From NCBI GenBank assembly GCA_002245135.1, contig NGBS01000607.1, positions 62,001 through 117,969 on the forward strand: DNA of 55,969 nt. Direction: 5' to 3'. The notes under the pieces were generated by a model. It was given only the letters and a program-made list of their open reading frames with translations, ran no database searches and was not told the origin of the DNA. The translations under genes were made by a program, and so were the position numbers. The DNA is from Proteromonas lacertae. Its lineage: Eukaryota. Below are positions 34,673 to 47,521 of this stretch, one piece after another. Position 1 is the first letter of the stretch. Every line of letters starts with the position of its first letter.

Positions 34673-34880
34673 TAATTAAGAAATTTTTCTTATTTTTTAT
34701 TTAGATTGCTCAGTGCCATTTATATTCATTCATAATTATGTAAAATATTATTATTTAGATTATATTTCTTTTTGTTCTTAACTTTATTTAATTCAAACAT
34801 GTTTGTTCTTTAAAAAGTTTGAATGAAGCTTGTTTTCTACCGTTTTTTGTTTTTATAGAGTTATTTAAATATCATATAAA

Positions 34881-37842
34881 ATGTCTGATCAAAATGAAGA
34901 TGAGAAAGATGCAGGTATATACATATAACTTGTTTTAACTTTTTATTTTGAATTAATGTGTTAATCTTTTATATAGAAGAAATGGAAACTGCAGCAGGAA
35001 TAATTGGAGATGTTAAAGATATATCAAATAGTCCAGCATATACATTTTTAACTAAACTAGCAGAAGATGGCATTATTAGTGATTCAACGTATATGGTTGT
35101 ATTTTAATATTACTAGTGCTGATTTATATAAAAAAGAATATGCTACACTACATAGTTATGTATTAGAAACATACGAAAGAGAAAAATTGCTACTAAAGAA
35201 AGCCAAAGAGTTAAATCAAGATTTTCTATCAGAAAAAATTAAATTAGAAAAAATGTCAATAAGAAATGTAGAAAATAGTCAAATGTGTCAAAATATGGAT
35301 AAAGAGAAAGAAAAAGCTCAAAAGAATTAAATGAATGTGAAGAAGCTAATGATATATTGCAATATAAACTGGCAGAAATGAGAGTATAGATTATTATATA
35401 CGTTTTCAATTATTATTATATCTATAGAGAACAGAAAATGAAGAAAAATCAAAATTAGAACAAGTACAAAAGGAAAATGAAGCAATTGTATTACCAGCAC
35501 TTCAACGAACTAGAGATGAAATTCATTCTTTAATTGACGAAGAAAAGAAGTTAAATGCATTAATAGAAGGAGAGAATAAAAAGAGAGATGATTATATTAA
35601 AAAAGTAGAACAATTAACAAAAGATAAACAAAATTTAACCAAAACATTAGATGAAGAAAGGCAAAATTTAGAAAAATTGAAAGGCGAGCCATCTCGATTA
35701 AGAAAACAAGGAGATATCGTTAAAAATGCAGTAAATTCAATGTCTAAAGATTTACAAGCCTTTAATACACAAGTAAGTGAAGTAAATACACAATTAAAGA
35801 AACAAGATAAAGTGAAAACATTACTAAAATCTCAATATGAAGAAGCATGTAAAAAGAATGATGCAATTAGAGCAGAAATCGCTAGAAAAGATGCAGAAAT
35901 CAATTTATTACAGAAAAGCATACAAGAGCAGGAGATACAAGATCAAAATCATCGAGAAAAGAGAGTAGAATTAGATATGACAGCGCAAAACTTAAAGAGT
36001 GAAGGTAGGCAATTAACAGAGGCAATAAATTATGAAAATAAGCAATATAAGCAATTAAAAAGAGATTTAAAAAGAGAAATAGAAATAGGCGATGGAATTA
36101 AAGCACAATATCCAATAATGGATGGACAAGTAATTGATGCTAAACACCAATTATCATACAATCAAAGTGAAGTTGAAAGAGCCAAACATTCATTAGAAAA
36201 TGTTGAAGTTGAAACTGAAATATTAATAGCACAATTCTTAGGTCAAGAGAAATTAGAAGAGAAGCAGAAAGTTGCTTTGAATATATTGAGAAAGCAGAAG
36301 GATGAACAGGAATTACAGTTAGATCAATGGAGTGAAGAAGTTAGGAAAATGAATAAAATGATTGCTATTTTAAATACACAAAGAGAATTACAAGCTCGAG
36401 CTTCTTCTCAAGCTTTACAGAATGAAAAGAATGCTCAGAATGATTTACAAATGAAGCAATTGACTATAATGGATTTAACTAAAAGAGCAAATGATATGAA
36501 TGTAAAATTAAAAGAATTTTCTGCATTATATGATGTTGTTAAAAATGAAAGAAATAAATATGTTAACTTAATTCAAGGTAGTAATCAACAATTAGCTGAA
36601 ATGAATGAAAAGATAAGAATATTGACAAATGAGGTGGAAATATTGAAAGGAGAGAGTTTGGCTAAAGATAGAGCACTTACAAATGAAAGATTAGATCATG
36701 AGAAAGCAAAATATGAAAGAGATGCTTTAAGATCTGAATCAAACAAGAATCAAGCTTTATATCGTGAAAAACAAGAAGAAATAGAACAACAGATTATGAG
36801 AATAGATAAATTAAATTCTGTAATCAATACAATAGAAAGAGAAATGTTGAAATTAAAGAGAGAATATGAAAGAGCAGTTGAGGCTAGAAATTTCATGGGT
36901 GTTCAATTAATCGATAGAAATGATGAATTATGTATTTTATATGAAAAGAGTAATATACAAGAAGAAACTCTGAAAAAGGGTGAAATTAGTTTAAAAGAAA
37001 GAGAAGAAGAAGTAAGAATGTTGGAAGTAACAATAAATGAAGTTGATAGACAAATTGATGTAGTAAGAAAACAAATACCAAAAGTACCTGTGTTATTAGA
37101 AGAAGTAAATCAATTAAGATTAGAATTACAACAGGAAAGAGAAATGACTGAGAAATTGTGTAAAGATTTAGAAACTCCTGAGAATTTACAAAGATGGAAT
37201 CCATTACCAGGTGATGATTTAGATATGGAACAAATGACTGCCAAATTAGAAGTAATTCAAGATCGATTTGAGAAGAAGAAAGAACAATTATTGGAGAAAG
37301 AATTAGTGTTAGAAGAAGTGACTGTATTAAGTGAGAAGTTAAGACAACAAGCTAAAGAAGGTAGAGATGGAACTTTATCAATAGCAAAACAAGTGAATGA
37401 ATTGCAATCAAAATTAAAGGATTTAACAAGATCCATGATGGCTACAGTCTCTGAATTATCAATGTATCAAGCAACAGCCTTGAAGTTAGAACAAGAGAAA
37501 GCTGAAAGAGAGAAATTGTTAGAAGATGCAACTTATAAATTAGAACATGGAGAAGCTCCAACTGAAGAAGCAGTTCATGATTGGTACAGATTAGAAAGAG
37601 ATCGTTTATTAGCAATAGAAAGAAAACAAGAGAAACAACGTAATCAAATAGCTAGTACATTGGCTAATCAATTTGGTAGTCCAACTGTTAAAACAACAGC
37701 AGAACCTAGACCTAATGCTTATTTACCAACTGATGTTCCATTACCTAAACCTTATGGATCACATGCTCCATTTAAACCAACTATTCCTGGAAGTACAATG
37801 CGTCATATTAGAAAACCCAAAGCAACAGAAATTGAAATATAA
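34881..37842 (+). CDS. CCDC146: Coiled-coil flagellar protein CCDC146/MBO2 (3 introns; apparent 1-nt frameshift at 35320-35323)
   Basis: LYDVVKNERNKY, QLIDRNDELCILYEK, C-terminal TTAEPRPNAY..PKPYG..APFKP..MRHIRKP signature. Confidence 0.88.
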
Positions 37843-37896
37843 TTTAGTAATAATAATAATAAATATATTTATTTTTTTTGATGTATTTTATCTTGG

Positions 37897-40093
37897 TTAT
37901 TCTGTATGAGAAGCTGAAAGTATTTCATAAGTATTACTTTTACAACATGTTGTTATATATGAATATAAAGGAGATGGAAGATTATTCACAATTAAAACTG
38001 GAGATGAATTATCTTTACTAACCCAAAATTCTCTTTTGTTCATATCTACCGTTATTTCATAAACACAGTTATCATTGTTCTTAAATCCAGGATTTGCTGT
38101 AACAACATTTCCAATATGACAGTAAGAAGAACAATCACAAGCTTCATTTCTATTAATACAAATACTACATGTATTTGATTGATTAAAGATTGCATTTCCT
38201 GAATAAGTGTTTGTTGTTGATAATCCTATATACATACTACCATTACAGCTGCTATTATTTCGTATAATTTTGTATTTTACTCTATAAATCCCATTGCTCA
38301 TTTTCAAATTCAAATAACAATGTTCAAAACTATCACTTGTATTTTTAACTAATTTTCCATTTTGATATATTTCACAACTTCCATATTTATTTCTGTAAAC
38401 TTTACAATACATTCCAGCGTTAATTTAATTTCCATTTTAATTTTTTTATTCTTATTCTTTTCTTTCCATCTCATTTTCTATTTTTCCAGAAATCTCACCT
38501 GTTTCTTCATTCAGCAATAATCCATTTGGTAATGATGGTTTTATAGAGAATCTACATTTACTACTAGCAAATTTTGGCTTAATAGAAAAATTATCATCTA
38601 TTACTACTTCATACTCAGATTGTGGATATTCAAATTTTGTTATTTTCTTGTCTATTATATAAAAATTAAAAAATACATTTTAATTCTTCTTTTAATCGCT
38701 CATCATAAACTATGTCAATCATATTTTCTAATTCATCATCATTATACTCTAATTCATTTACATAATCAATTATCATCTGTTTATTTTCTTTTGACAAGCA
38801 ATAATTATAATTCAATACTTTAAAAAGAATTTTATCATTCATCAAACCCTTTATTAGTTTTATATCGTCTTCACAATTAATAAACAACACTAAACACTTA
38901 ATGATTTTTTCATCTTCATGTTTTTTATATTCACAAAGCAAATTTAACAATAATGATGATTTCTTTTCATTAGATACTACATTAAACCAAAATAATAATT
39001 AATTATATACATTCATAATCAACTTTAGAATCAAGTATAATCAATAATCCAATCATATTTATTTTTATATCATCATTTTCTAACAACATATCAATAATTT
39101 CATATATATTATTCTCTTTCATTATTTCAATATCACTTTCTTCAATATTTAATATCTCTTCCTCTATAAAATACTTCATAATTATTTCTTTTATCTTTTC
39201 ATCCATTTTATAAAGATTAATATAATAATAGTTTCTCTTCTCTTTAATTTCTTTAATTGTCATTTCAAAATTAATATTTTCAATTTCTTTAATTAATTTA
39301 TTTTCAATTTTATTCCAATCAACAGAATCAAAATGAATAAACTTTGTAACTAACTTTAAGAATTCTGTTTATAGTTCTTCTTTATCATCTATACAAAATA
39401 ATTATATATATATACTGTCTTCCTTAATATTTTTCATTTGATTCTCATATCATTTCAATAATCGTTTGAATAACCAAGTTTCATTTTCAATAACCAATTT
39501 AGGACTTAATAATATGAAATCTAAACCTTCTATCTTCAATTTCACCAACGATTGATCTATATTATAATAATAGATTTTTATACCTTCATTTAATAGGTTA
39601 TAACCATTCTCTATTAAATAACAGTCACACAATATGCTTAAATCACTTAATTCTTTTGTTTTTAGTAAATGTAAAATATCACACAATTCAATAATTACTT
39701 CCTTATTCAAATGTTTCTTTATATACTCTTCACAAATTGTTACAATCCTCTTTTCATTGTAACATAAACACATTGAGAGTATTTTACATACATTAGAATT
39801 ATTTATATCCATACAACCTCCACTGTAATACTTTTCTAATTCGAAAAATGCCTCTAATGTACTTCCTTCACATAATTCCAAAGTTCCATCAAATTGCTCA
39901 TCTTCTATTAATTTTTTGAATACTTGATTTTCATCTGCTAAAACTGCCTTAACACAGGTTATTTCTTTTCCTTCTACTTTTACTTTCATATCACCATATA
40001 TATTATTTGCCCATTTCCTTCCCAATCTATAATTAATTTATATAAAACTATTAAATACCCAATATCACCTATAACAGAGTTAAAAATCTTCAT
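37897..40093 (-). pseudogene. BTB/POZ + He_PIG + SPRY-like gene, disrupted
   Basis: YGDMKVKVEGKEITCVKAVLA (BTB), PSLPNGLLLNEETGEISG, SPRY-like C-terminus; in-frame stops (LLK*YE, EEL*TE) and frame breaks. Confidence 0.65.
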
Positions 40094-40142
40094 TTAAAGA
40101 ATTAGATTCTTTATATGATCAATTATTCTAAAAATATCAGTT

Positions 40143-40214
40143 GGCTCTGTGGTGTAATGGTTAGCACATTGGACTTTGAATCCAATAATCCGAGTTCAAA
40201 TCTCGGCAGGGCCT
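40143..40214 (+). tRNA. tRNA-Gln(TTG)
   Basis: Acceptor GGCTCTG/CAGGGCC, D-arm TGGTGTAATGGTTAGCAC, anticodon arm TTGGA-CTTTGAA-TCCAA, T-loop GTTCAAATC, downstream T-run. Confidence 0.96.
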
Positions 40215-40493
40215 GAATTTTTTCAGTGTCATTTATTTTTTGACTTTTTTGCTTTGTTTTATATAAGATTTTAATTGTCTTATGCTGGGTAACCCATTCC
40301 ACAGCTCAAAATTAAAATCTAAAAGTCAATCAGGCAAATATTCAAAAAACAAACCAAGATATCTAGATATAATACTACAAATCAATAGTACAAAATATAA
40401 AAGTAATTCTTACACCGAAATTATTACACATAATACAGATTATCCTACAGAATTTAGTCAATTTTTCTTAAAAGATTTGCCGATACCAGAACG

Positions 40494-41119
40494 TGTCGCG
40501 CGCGATAAAGAAATTTGCGCGGTAAAGGAAGTAATAAGTTTCCATTATAGTGAATATGTTAATACTTATTTGGAAGGCCGAGTAAATATAAATATAACAT
40601 TATTTTGTCTAATAAATTACATATGTTGAAATTGTCATCAAATTTTCAATAAGATTTATATCATCTATTATTAATCTTTGTAATTATTTTATTGGTTAAA
40701 TCGCTAGAATATATTAATATATATGTCTTATTAACATATTGATATATATATAGTACCCTTTAAAAAAATATTAAAGAAAAAAGAAAATATGCTCAAGCCT
40801 TCTTCAAGCCAATATTTTATTTTTTATTTCAAACCATCGTAACATCGATTTTGTTTAATCTTTTCATCAAAGAATTGTTTATTTCAATTTCTTTCAGTGA
40901 TATATGCAATAAAAATAATGTTAAATTATAGAAATAATTAAGATGGATATGAAGTGAATATTTATGAATAATTGAACATAACTATTGTATATGACTGTTA
41001 TAAGACAAAATGATTATATATTCATGCATAGCGTAATGACATTAACAATTATATTATATTAGATCTAAATATAAACAATTACTTCCTTTATCGCGCAAAT
41101 TTCTTTATCGCGCGCGACA
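40494..41119. mobile_element. Non-autonomous TIR element (MITE A), 626 bp, TGT..ACA ends
   Basis: 42-bp TIRs with one mismatch (40494-40535 / 41078-41119); GAACG repeated at 40489-40493 and 41120-41124 (alternatively 9-bp CAGAACGTG). Confidence 0.88.
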
Positions 41120-41303
41120 GAACGTGATTCTATAGGCCAAAATGAAGATACAAATGCTAAGAGGAAGATAGAACATTCCAAATTTCAAAACCTAATTTCA
41201 AATATCTTATATAATAGAAAATTTATAATATATATAAATAATACTAGTAATATCTACAAGATTAGTATATATGGCGAAAACCAAGAAGACAATTTGATAT
41301 TTA

Positions 41304-41516
41304 AATGTCTGAAATTAGATTCAAAAATTATATTAAAACCCTCAGAATATGGTATATGCACTGTAGACAAAGAAACTAATTATATAGAAGCCAAAGAAGC
41401 AGAAATCAGAAAAGAATGTTTGAAATTAGATTCAAAAATTATATTAAAACCCTCAGAATATGGTATATGCACTGTAGACAAAGAAACTAATTATTCAGAA
41501 GCCAAAGAAACAGAAA
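41304..41516 (+). repeat. Two-copy 111-bp tandem duplication in a truncated ORF
   Basis: CLKLDSKIILKPSEYGICTVDKETNY occurs twice. Confidence 0.9.
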
Positions 41517-41633
41517 ATGTGAATAACTATCATAGTGAGTTGAAAGATGATATAAGAATAATTAAATTGTTGGGTGGAGTAAATAAGGAATATTTTAAAG
41601 GAATGAATTATCCCAACAATAGCTGTTATATTA

Positions 41634-44600
41634 GGGAAGTTTGGGTTTAGACGCGTGTTCAAAATTTGAACTCGCCTAATCTAGTTAGAGTTTGACTCTA
41701 ATATTTTATATTACTTGACTATAATTGCTTAATTAAGAGATTCTGAGAAGATGGTAGGGATAGCACAACTTTTTTTTGGTCTAATTTCACGATCTTTTAA
41801 TGATTTGAGCATTTTTGATCCCAACCTATTGTACATAATAACTGTACACAGGATCTCCAGTTTTTTTATTAAATATCTTACTATTAGATGAGAATGCTCA
41901 AAATATAATGTGTGATAACACAAGCTCGGCTTGAATATTTTTTTATATTTTATAAAATTTGAGCACCTGCCTCCTATAGGAAGCTAGGGCTTATTTTTGT
42001 TAATTAATTAATAAATACTATTATTTTTTAAACTGTTTGACTTATTTACTATCTGAATAACTATCTTAAGCTCTATTTCAATCGTTTATCCCATAAAAAC
42101 AATTTAACTAAGTCATTAAGACATATTTATTTATAACTAACTGATAATTGAACATTTTTCTTAAAATACAAATCATTCAACTAAATTTTGGCAATCTTGT
42201 ATCTATTCGAGGAAGTCAACATATTTTACATTTCCATAGCTTCTATTATTGTTAAATTATCACCTTCTTGAACATAATTTACTTACATTTATTAAACTAC
42301 TAGCCATTGGATAAGTTAAGAATTTAGAATCATCTACTTCTCGTTTTATAATCATGAATTTTGATAATTTGCTTTCTAAAGCATTTCTTATACCTACAAA
42401 GAAGTTATCTCTATTGAATTGTAATTGATATACTTCTACTAATCTTTTCATATATTATAAAGCTACTTCTTTTATATTCAATTTACCTCTCACGATTTAG
42501 CTTTCAATATCTAGCTTTTACAACCATTCTTTAAAATTTCTCAGGTGTAAGAAGACCTTTATCATTTGTAATTGTGATCTTATTAAAAAATTAAATATTT
42601 CGTTTTCTTTCATTATCTCTTTATTAAATTCATTCAAACTCAATCGTTTTAAACTCATTCCAATAATAATCATTACTAGTAAATTTATCTAAACGTTAGT
42701 TCTACCAATTGATAATCTTGAACTAGTTATTGTAGATAAATTGTAACTGAACCAGGAACATCAATAGGTCAATAGAAAATACTAGCATCAACTATTAATA
42801 ACTGAGCATATAAATAAGCAAATTTAAATATTCACAATTATTCTTCTTTTGATGAATGCTTTGTTGGGAATGTTTAAACTAACCAACATAATTCATAGGT
42901 AATTGAACATTTCCAAATGCAGAAGGAACTGGGATATACTTTAAATACTTACAATTTGAACAACGAATTGCGACTTTGATGGCTTTTGGTCTTTAAAGAG
43001 ATGCACTGATTATAAGTCCTGATATACTGACTAGCTTGTTCACATGATTTGCCTATTATATATATGTACATTAAAAATCATTTCATTTATACATTTAATG
43101 ATCGGATTGATATTGAGTTTTGTGAAAATTTTAATAAGACATTGATTGAGGGAGAATTTTCTGCATTTAACTCATTTTCTACTACCCTTTGAGCTGCAAT
43201 TTCAAATTATTGATAAGTAATAATAATTGTTTAATGTACTAGTGGTAAATAACAATTTGTCTCTCTTTGTAATACATCAAGTAAAACATTGTTGAATATT
43301 CCTAGATGAACTAAATTAATTTCTACAAAATATTCACCTCTGTTGAAATTTTCCAATAATGGTTTTCTAGTGATAAGAATATTCAATATATTTATATATA
43401 CCTGTAGATATAAATATTGTTTTCACTATAATCTCTTAAAAACTCTTGAAACTTTGTTTGAGCTTGTAAAGGTTCTAAAGCAGACGATTCACCATTAAAA
43501 ATCTTTCATAAAGATAACAAGCCTTCAAACTTTTTACCACTTTGTTTATTAATATTTCTTGAATTTAAAATTCTGGAAAGAAAATAACGGGATGTACGGG
43601 TTCTAGCCCTGTAGTAGTTCCAAATATTTTTGAATCTGAGGTAGAAATAAAAACAGTGAAGTTAAATATACATGAAAAAGCTTTTAAAAACCAAAATGGT
43701 GGAAGTCAACAGAATTCATCTCGAAACCAACCATTGTCATCTAATAATATAATAAAACCTTCAGTTAGACCAATTGGTCAATCTGTTGTAGGTGGTAGGC
43801 ATACACATCAATTAATAGGATCAGTTGGTATGTCTTATTGTTCTGAAGAGTGTGATAATCCTGAAATTTATGATTGGCTTACAAACGAATAACCTCGAAA
43901 TTCCACAACCTCTCATGAAAGAGAAGCTCGAAAAAATGTCAAAAAGTATAGTACAATACTTGTGATATAAGTGAAAATATTCATGCAAAATTAAAACGTC
44001 ATGTAACAATCGATAAGCCTATGGAGCAAACTAATTTATTAAAGTTACAAGTAGATCAAAGTGGTAATGGACATATCAATCAATATAAAATAATAAAGAA
44101 ATTACTTGAATTATGTGAAGATCCATCAAAGAATCAATATGCAATAAAAATATTAAACAAATCAATTAAAACAGGTAGTATAAGTCCATTGAGTGATATT
44201 TGGGCAATGGGAATTTCACTATAATATAGGAATGTGTGCTTGTTAAAGTAATAATTGAGACTTGTTTATTGAACAGAAAAGAAATTATAGTGATTTAAAA
44301 AGGTTTTTTAGAAGAGATGATTTAACAAAGTAAAAGTTATACAAAGTTAAAGAATTAGCTATTGAATATATGAAAGGATTAATAGAAGTTAATTAATTAT
44401 AATTAATATCAAAATTTCAGTTAATAATACTCAAGTATTTAGTACATACAGTGATTAACAACTCGATGTGTTAATTCAAGTGTTTGAAGGTGAAGAATCT
44501 ATGACAATATATAATAACTAATAATGCTTTGAATGTAAGTGTTGTAAAAGAGAATATTTAATTTTTTAATAAGATCACAATTACAAATGATAAAGGTCTT

Positions 44601-45518
44601 CTTACACCTGAGAAATTTTAAAGAATGGTTGTAAAAGCTAGATATTGAAAGCTAAATCGTGAGAGGTAAATTGAATATAAAAGAAGTAGCTTTATAATAT
44701 ATGAAAAGATTAGTAGAAGTATATCAATTACAATTCAATAGAGATAACTTCTTTGTAGGTATAAGAAATGCTTTAGAAAGCAAATTATCAAAATTCATGA
44801 TTATAAAACGAGAAGTAGATGATTCTAAATTCTTAACTTATCCAATGGCTAGTAGTTTAATAAATGTAAGTAAATTATGTTCAAGAAGGTGATAATTTAA
44901 CAATAATAGAAGCTATGGAAATGTAAAATATGTTGACTTCCTCGAATAGATACAAGATTGCCAAAATTTAGTTGAATGATTTGTATTTTAAGAAAAATGT
45001 TCAATTATCAGTTAGTTATAAATAAATATGTCTTAATGACTTAGTTAAATTGTTTTTATGGGATAAACGATTGAAATAGAGCTTAAGATAGTTATTCAGA
45101 TAGTAAATAAGTCAAACAGTTTAAAAAATAATAGTATTTATTAATTAATTAACAAAAATAAGCCCTAGCTTCCTATAGGAGGCAGGTGCTCAAATTTTAT
45201 AAAATATAAAAAAATATTCAAGCCGAGCTTGTGTTATCACACATTATATTTTGAGCATTCTCATCTAATAGTAAGATATTTAATAAAAAAACTGGAGATC
45301 CTGTGTACAGTTATTATGTACAATAGGTTGGGATCAAAAATGCTCAAATCATTAAAAGATCGTGAAATTAGACCAAAAAAAAGTTGTGCTATCCCTACCA
45401 TCTTCTCAGAATCTCTTAATTAAGCAATTATAGTCAAGTAATATAAAATATTAGAGTCAAACTCTAACTAGATTAGGCGAGTTCAAATTTTGAACACGCG
45501 TCTAAACCCAAACTTCCC
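41634..45518. mobile_element. 3.9-kb element with 966-bp TIRs (GGG..CCC) and a chimeric interior (Pack-type/foldback)
   Basis: 41634-42599 is the reverse complement of 44553-45518 (identical mirrored ORFs); interior has kinase and Hsp70 scraps; no transposase or TSD seen. Confidence 0.85.
44021..44224 (+). pseudogene. Collapsed Ser/Thr kinase (CaMKK-like) fragments
   Basis: INQYKIIKKL, YAIKILNKS and SDIWAMGISL juxtaposed with the intervening subdomains missing. Confidence 0.65.
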
Positions 45519-45672
45519 ATGTAGCTTATATGACAAAGTAAGATTATATTTGCATAACACTCAACGGCGCATTTAGCTCAAAGGCTCAACACATACGTAT
45601 TTATCTGTTTAAATTTGTATATTTCACATCTTCTATTAATATAGTTATTACTGAAGGTGAAACAATAGGAAC

Positions 45673-46288
45673 TGTTGTTCCCCGTTGAGTACAACTCCCC
45701 GTTGAGCGATTAGAGACTTTAGAAACAAACTAAATGCATATTCTTACTTATTTTGATGAAAAATTGTTACTTTTGTACTTATTTTGTCATATAACCTATG
45801 TCTGCAATATACTTTTTTGATAATTTTAGTATTGTATATATGAAACGCATTTATTTTTCTTTTTCGTTTTAGTGTTTCATTCACTACTACAGACTAAAAT
45901 ACATTAAATGAGATGATTAGAATACTTAGATTGTGATTTGAACACGCTTAAAAACCAAAAAATGAAAATATATACAAGCCTCACTCAAGCCAACTTTTTA
46001 CATTTCTTTTTAGACAGTAATATATTATCGTTCAATAATTCTAATCGTCTCAGTTAATGTATTTTAGTCTGTAGTAGTGAATGAAACACTAAAACGAAAA
46101 AGAAAAATAAATGCGTTTCATATATACAATACTAAAATTATCAAAAAAGTATATTGCAGACATAGGTTATATGACAAAATAAGTACAAAAGTAACAATTT
46201 TTCATCAAAATAAGTAAGAATATGCATTTAGTTTGTTTCTAAAGTCTCTAATCGCTCAACGGGGAGTTGTACTGAACGGGGAACAACA
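45673..46288. mobile_element. Foldback MITE B, 616 bp, ~251-bp TIRs, TGT..ACA ends
   Basis: 45673-45923 is the near-perfect reverse complement of 46038-46288; 5-bp TSD GGAAC at 45668-45672 and 46289-46293. Confidence 0.92.
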
Positions 46289-46362
46289 GGAACGATTCTA
46301 TTCAAATATTAAGTAATAACCATTGAATTACTATTTGATAGAGAAATAATATTTAGTGTAGC

Positions 46363-46466
46363 AAATCATTAACCCAGATGAAGCTGTTGCTTATGGCGCA
46401 ACAGTACAAGCTGCTCTTTTAACTGGTGCTGATAAAGGAGGAAAATTAGATGAATTGTTATTGGAT
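46363..46466 (+). pseudogene. Hsp70 gene fragment
   Basis: [25 protein letters not shown] with no flanking coding continuity. Confidence 0.85.
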
Positions 46467-47521
46467 TATGCAATAGAAATAAAAAAGTATTAAGATATAA
46501 TTATAAATAGTCTTAATTATAGAAGAAATTGAAAGAATGAATGTAAATTAGATAATAAAAGAATAATATAGAAATCAATAAACAAAATATTAACATAATA
46601 ATAGTGTTATACATATTTTTCACAGATTATTTTAATTATCCTATCAGAATCCTCGTTATATAAATTATAATTTTATGCTTTAATAATTCTATTACATTAT
46701 TATCCTTCATTACTTGTATTGAATCATTGAGCATTAGTGACAATATTATATATATTACAAAGTAACATATGTATGGACGCCTTGGGGTGGAGAGTAAAAT
46801 AATATATGTATAAAAAATTGGTTGATTATATATGTTTATTAGTAATAACTATTATAATTTAAATGTTGTATATAGTTTTAATATATCAAGTATTTATCAT
46901 GCTTATAAACTATGAAGGTGAATATACAATTTGTTTTGTTAATGAAAAAGTTTGAATATAAAAGAGTGTTGGCTTGAATATCTGTTTGATACTTTCTTAA
47001 TATTTTCCTAAAATTCTATGTTATCTGCTCAATATTTTCGACATATTGATTATTTTGGGATTAGCATCCCCAAAAAACTTATGCAATAAACAAAAATGTA
47101 ATATGAACTTTTAGGTAAAAAACAGTTCATATTACACAGTTTTGACTATACTATTTTTGACCATTCTATTTATATACCTACATTAAATATCTCTAATATT
47201 GGAAATATTTTATTTCATAAATTTAAACCATGTATAAATCACTTCCTTTAGTCTAAATATTAGAAAAACAATCTTATAACAATTATAATTGTTTTATTGA
47301 TTAAGAAAGTGATTTACAAAGAAAATAATTTATATTTATAAAGAAAAAAGTAACTAGATATAAAATTAACAAAACATTTACGCTTTGTAGAATTGTAATA
47401 TACATTCACTGTTATTCAGATTATTCTCCATTCAATAGTAATTTAATTTAGAGATTTTTTCTAATATATCTTCGAATTCTCACTTTTGAAATATCTCCTT
47501 TGATTTCAATAATATTAAAAA

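Noticed and set aside
34800..34807. TGTTTGTT motif suggesting Blastocystis-style polyadenylation-generated stop codons
   Set aside because: One isolated instance after a gene that already has a genomic TAA; all resolved genes have encoded stops.
35311..35345. CCDC146 pseudogenisation
   Set aside because: A single missing A in a homopolymer with the rest of the gene intact; probably a consensus error.
39000..39460. Stop-codon reassignment suggested by in-frame TGA/TAA in the BTB gene next to tRNA-Gln
   Set aside because: Long host ORFs have no internal stops and end in TAA, and the tRNA anticodon is ordinary TTG. Pseudogene decay explains the stops.
43589..43622. tRNA-like 3' fragment (ACGGGTTCTAGCCCTGT..CCA)
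   Set aside because: Only an imperfect T-arm, with no D or anticodon arm.
41729..45423. Duplicated 63-64 aa ORFs as real genes
   Set aside because: A by-product of the inverted arms; no recognisable motifs.
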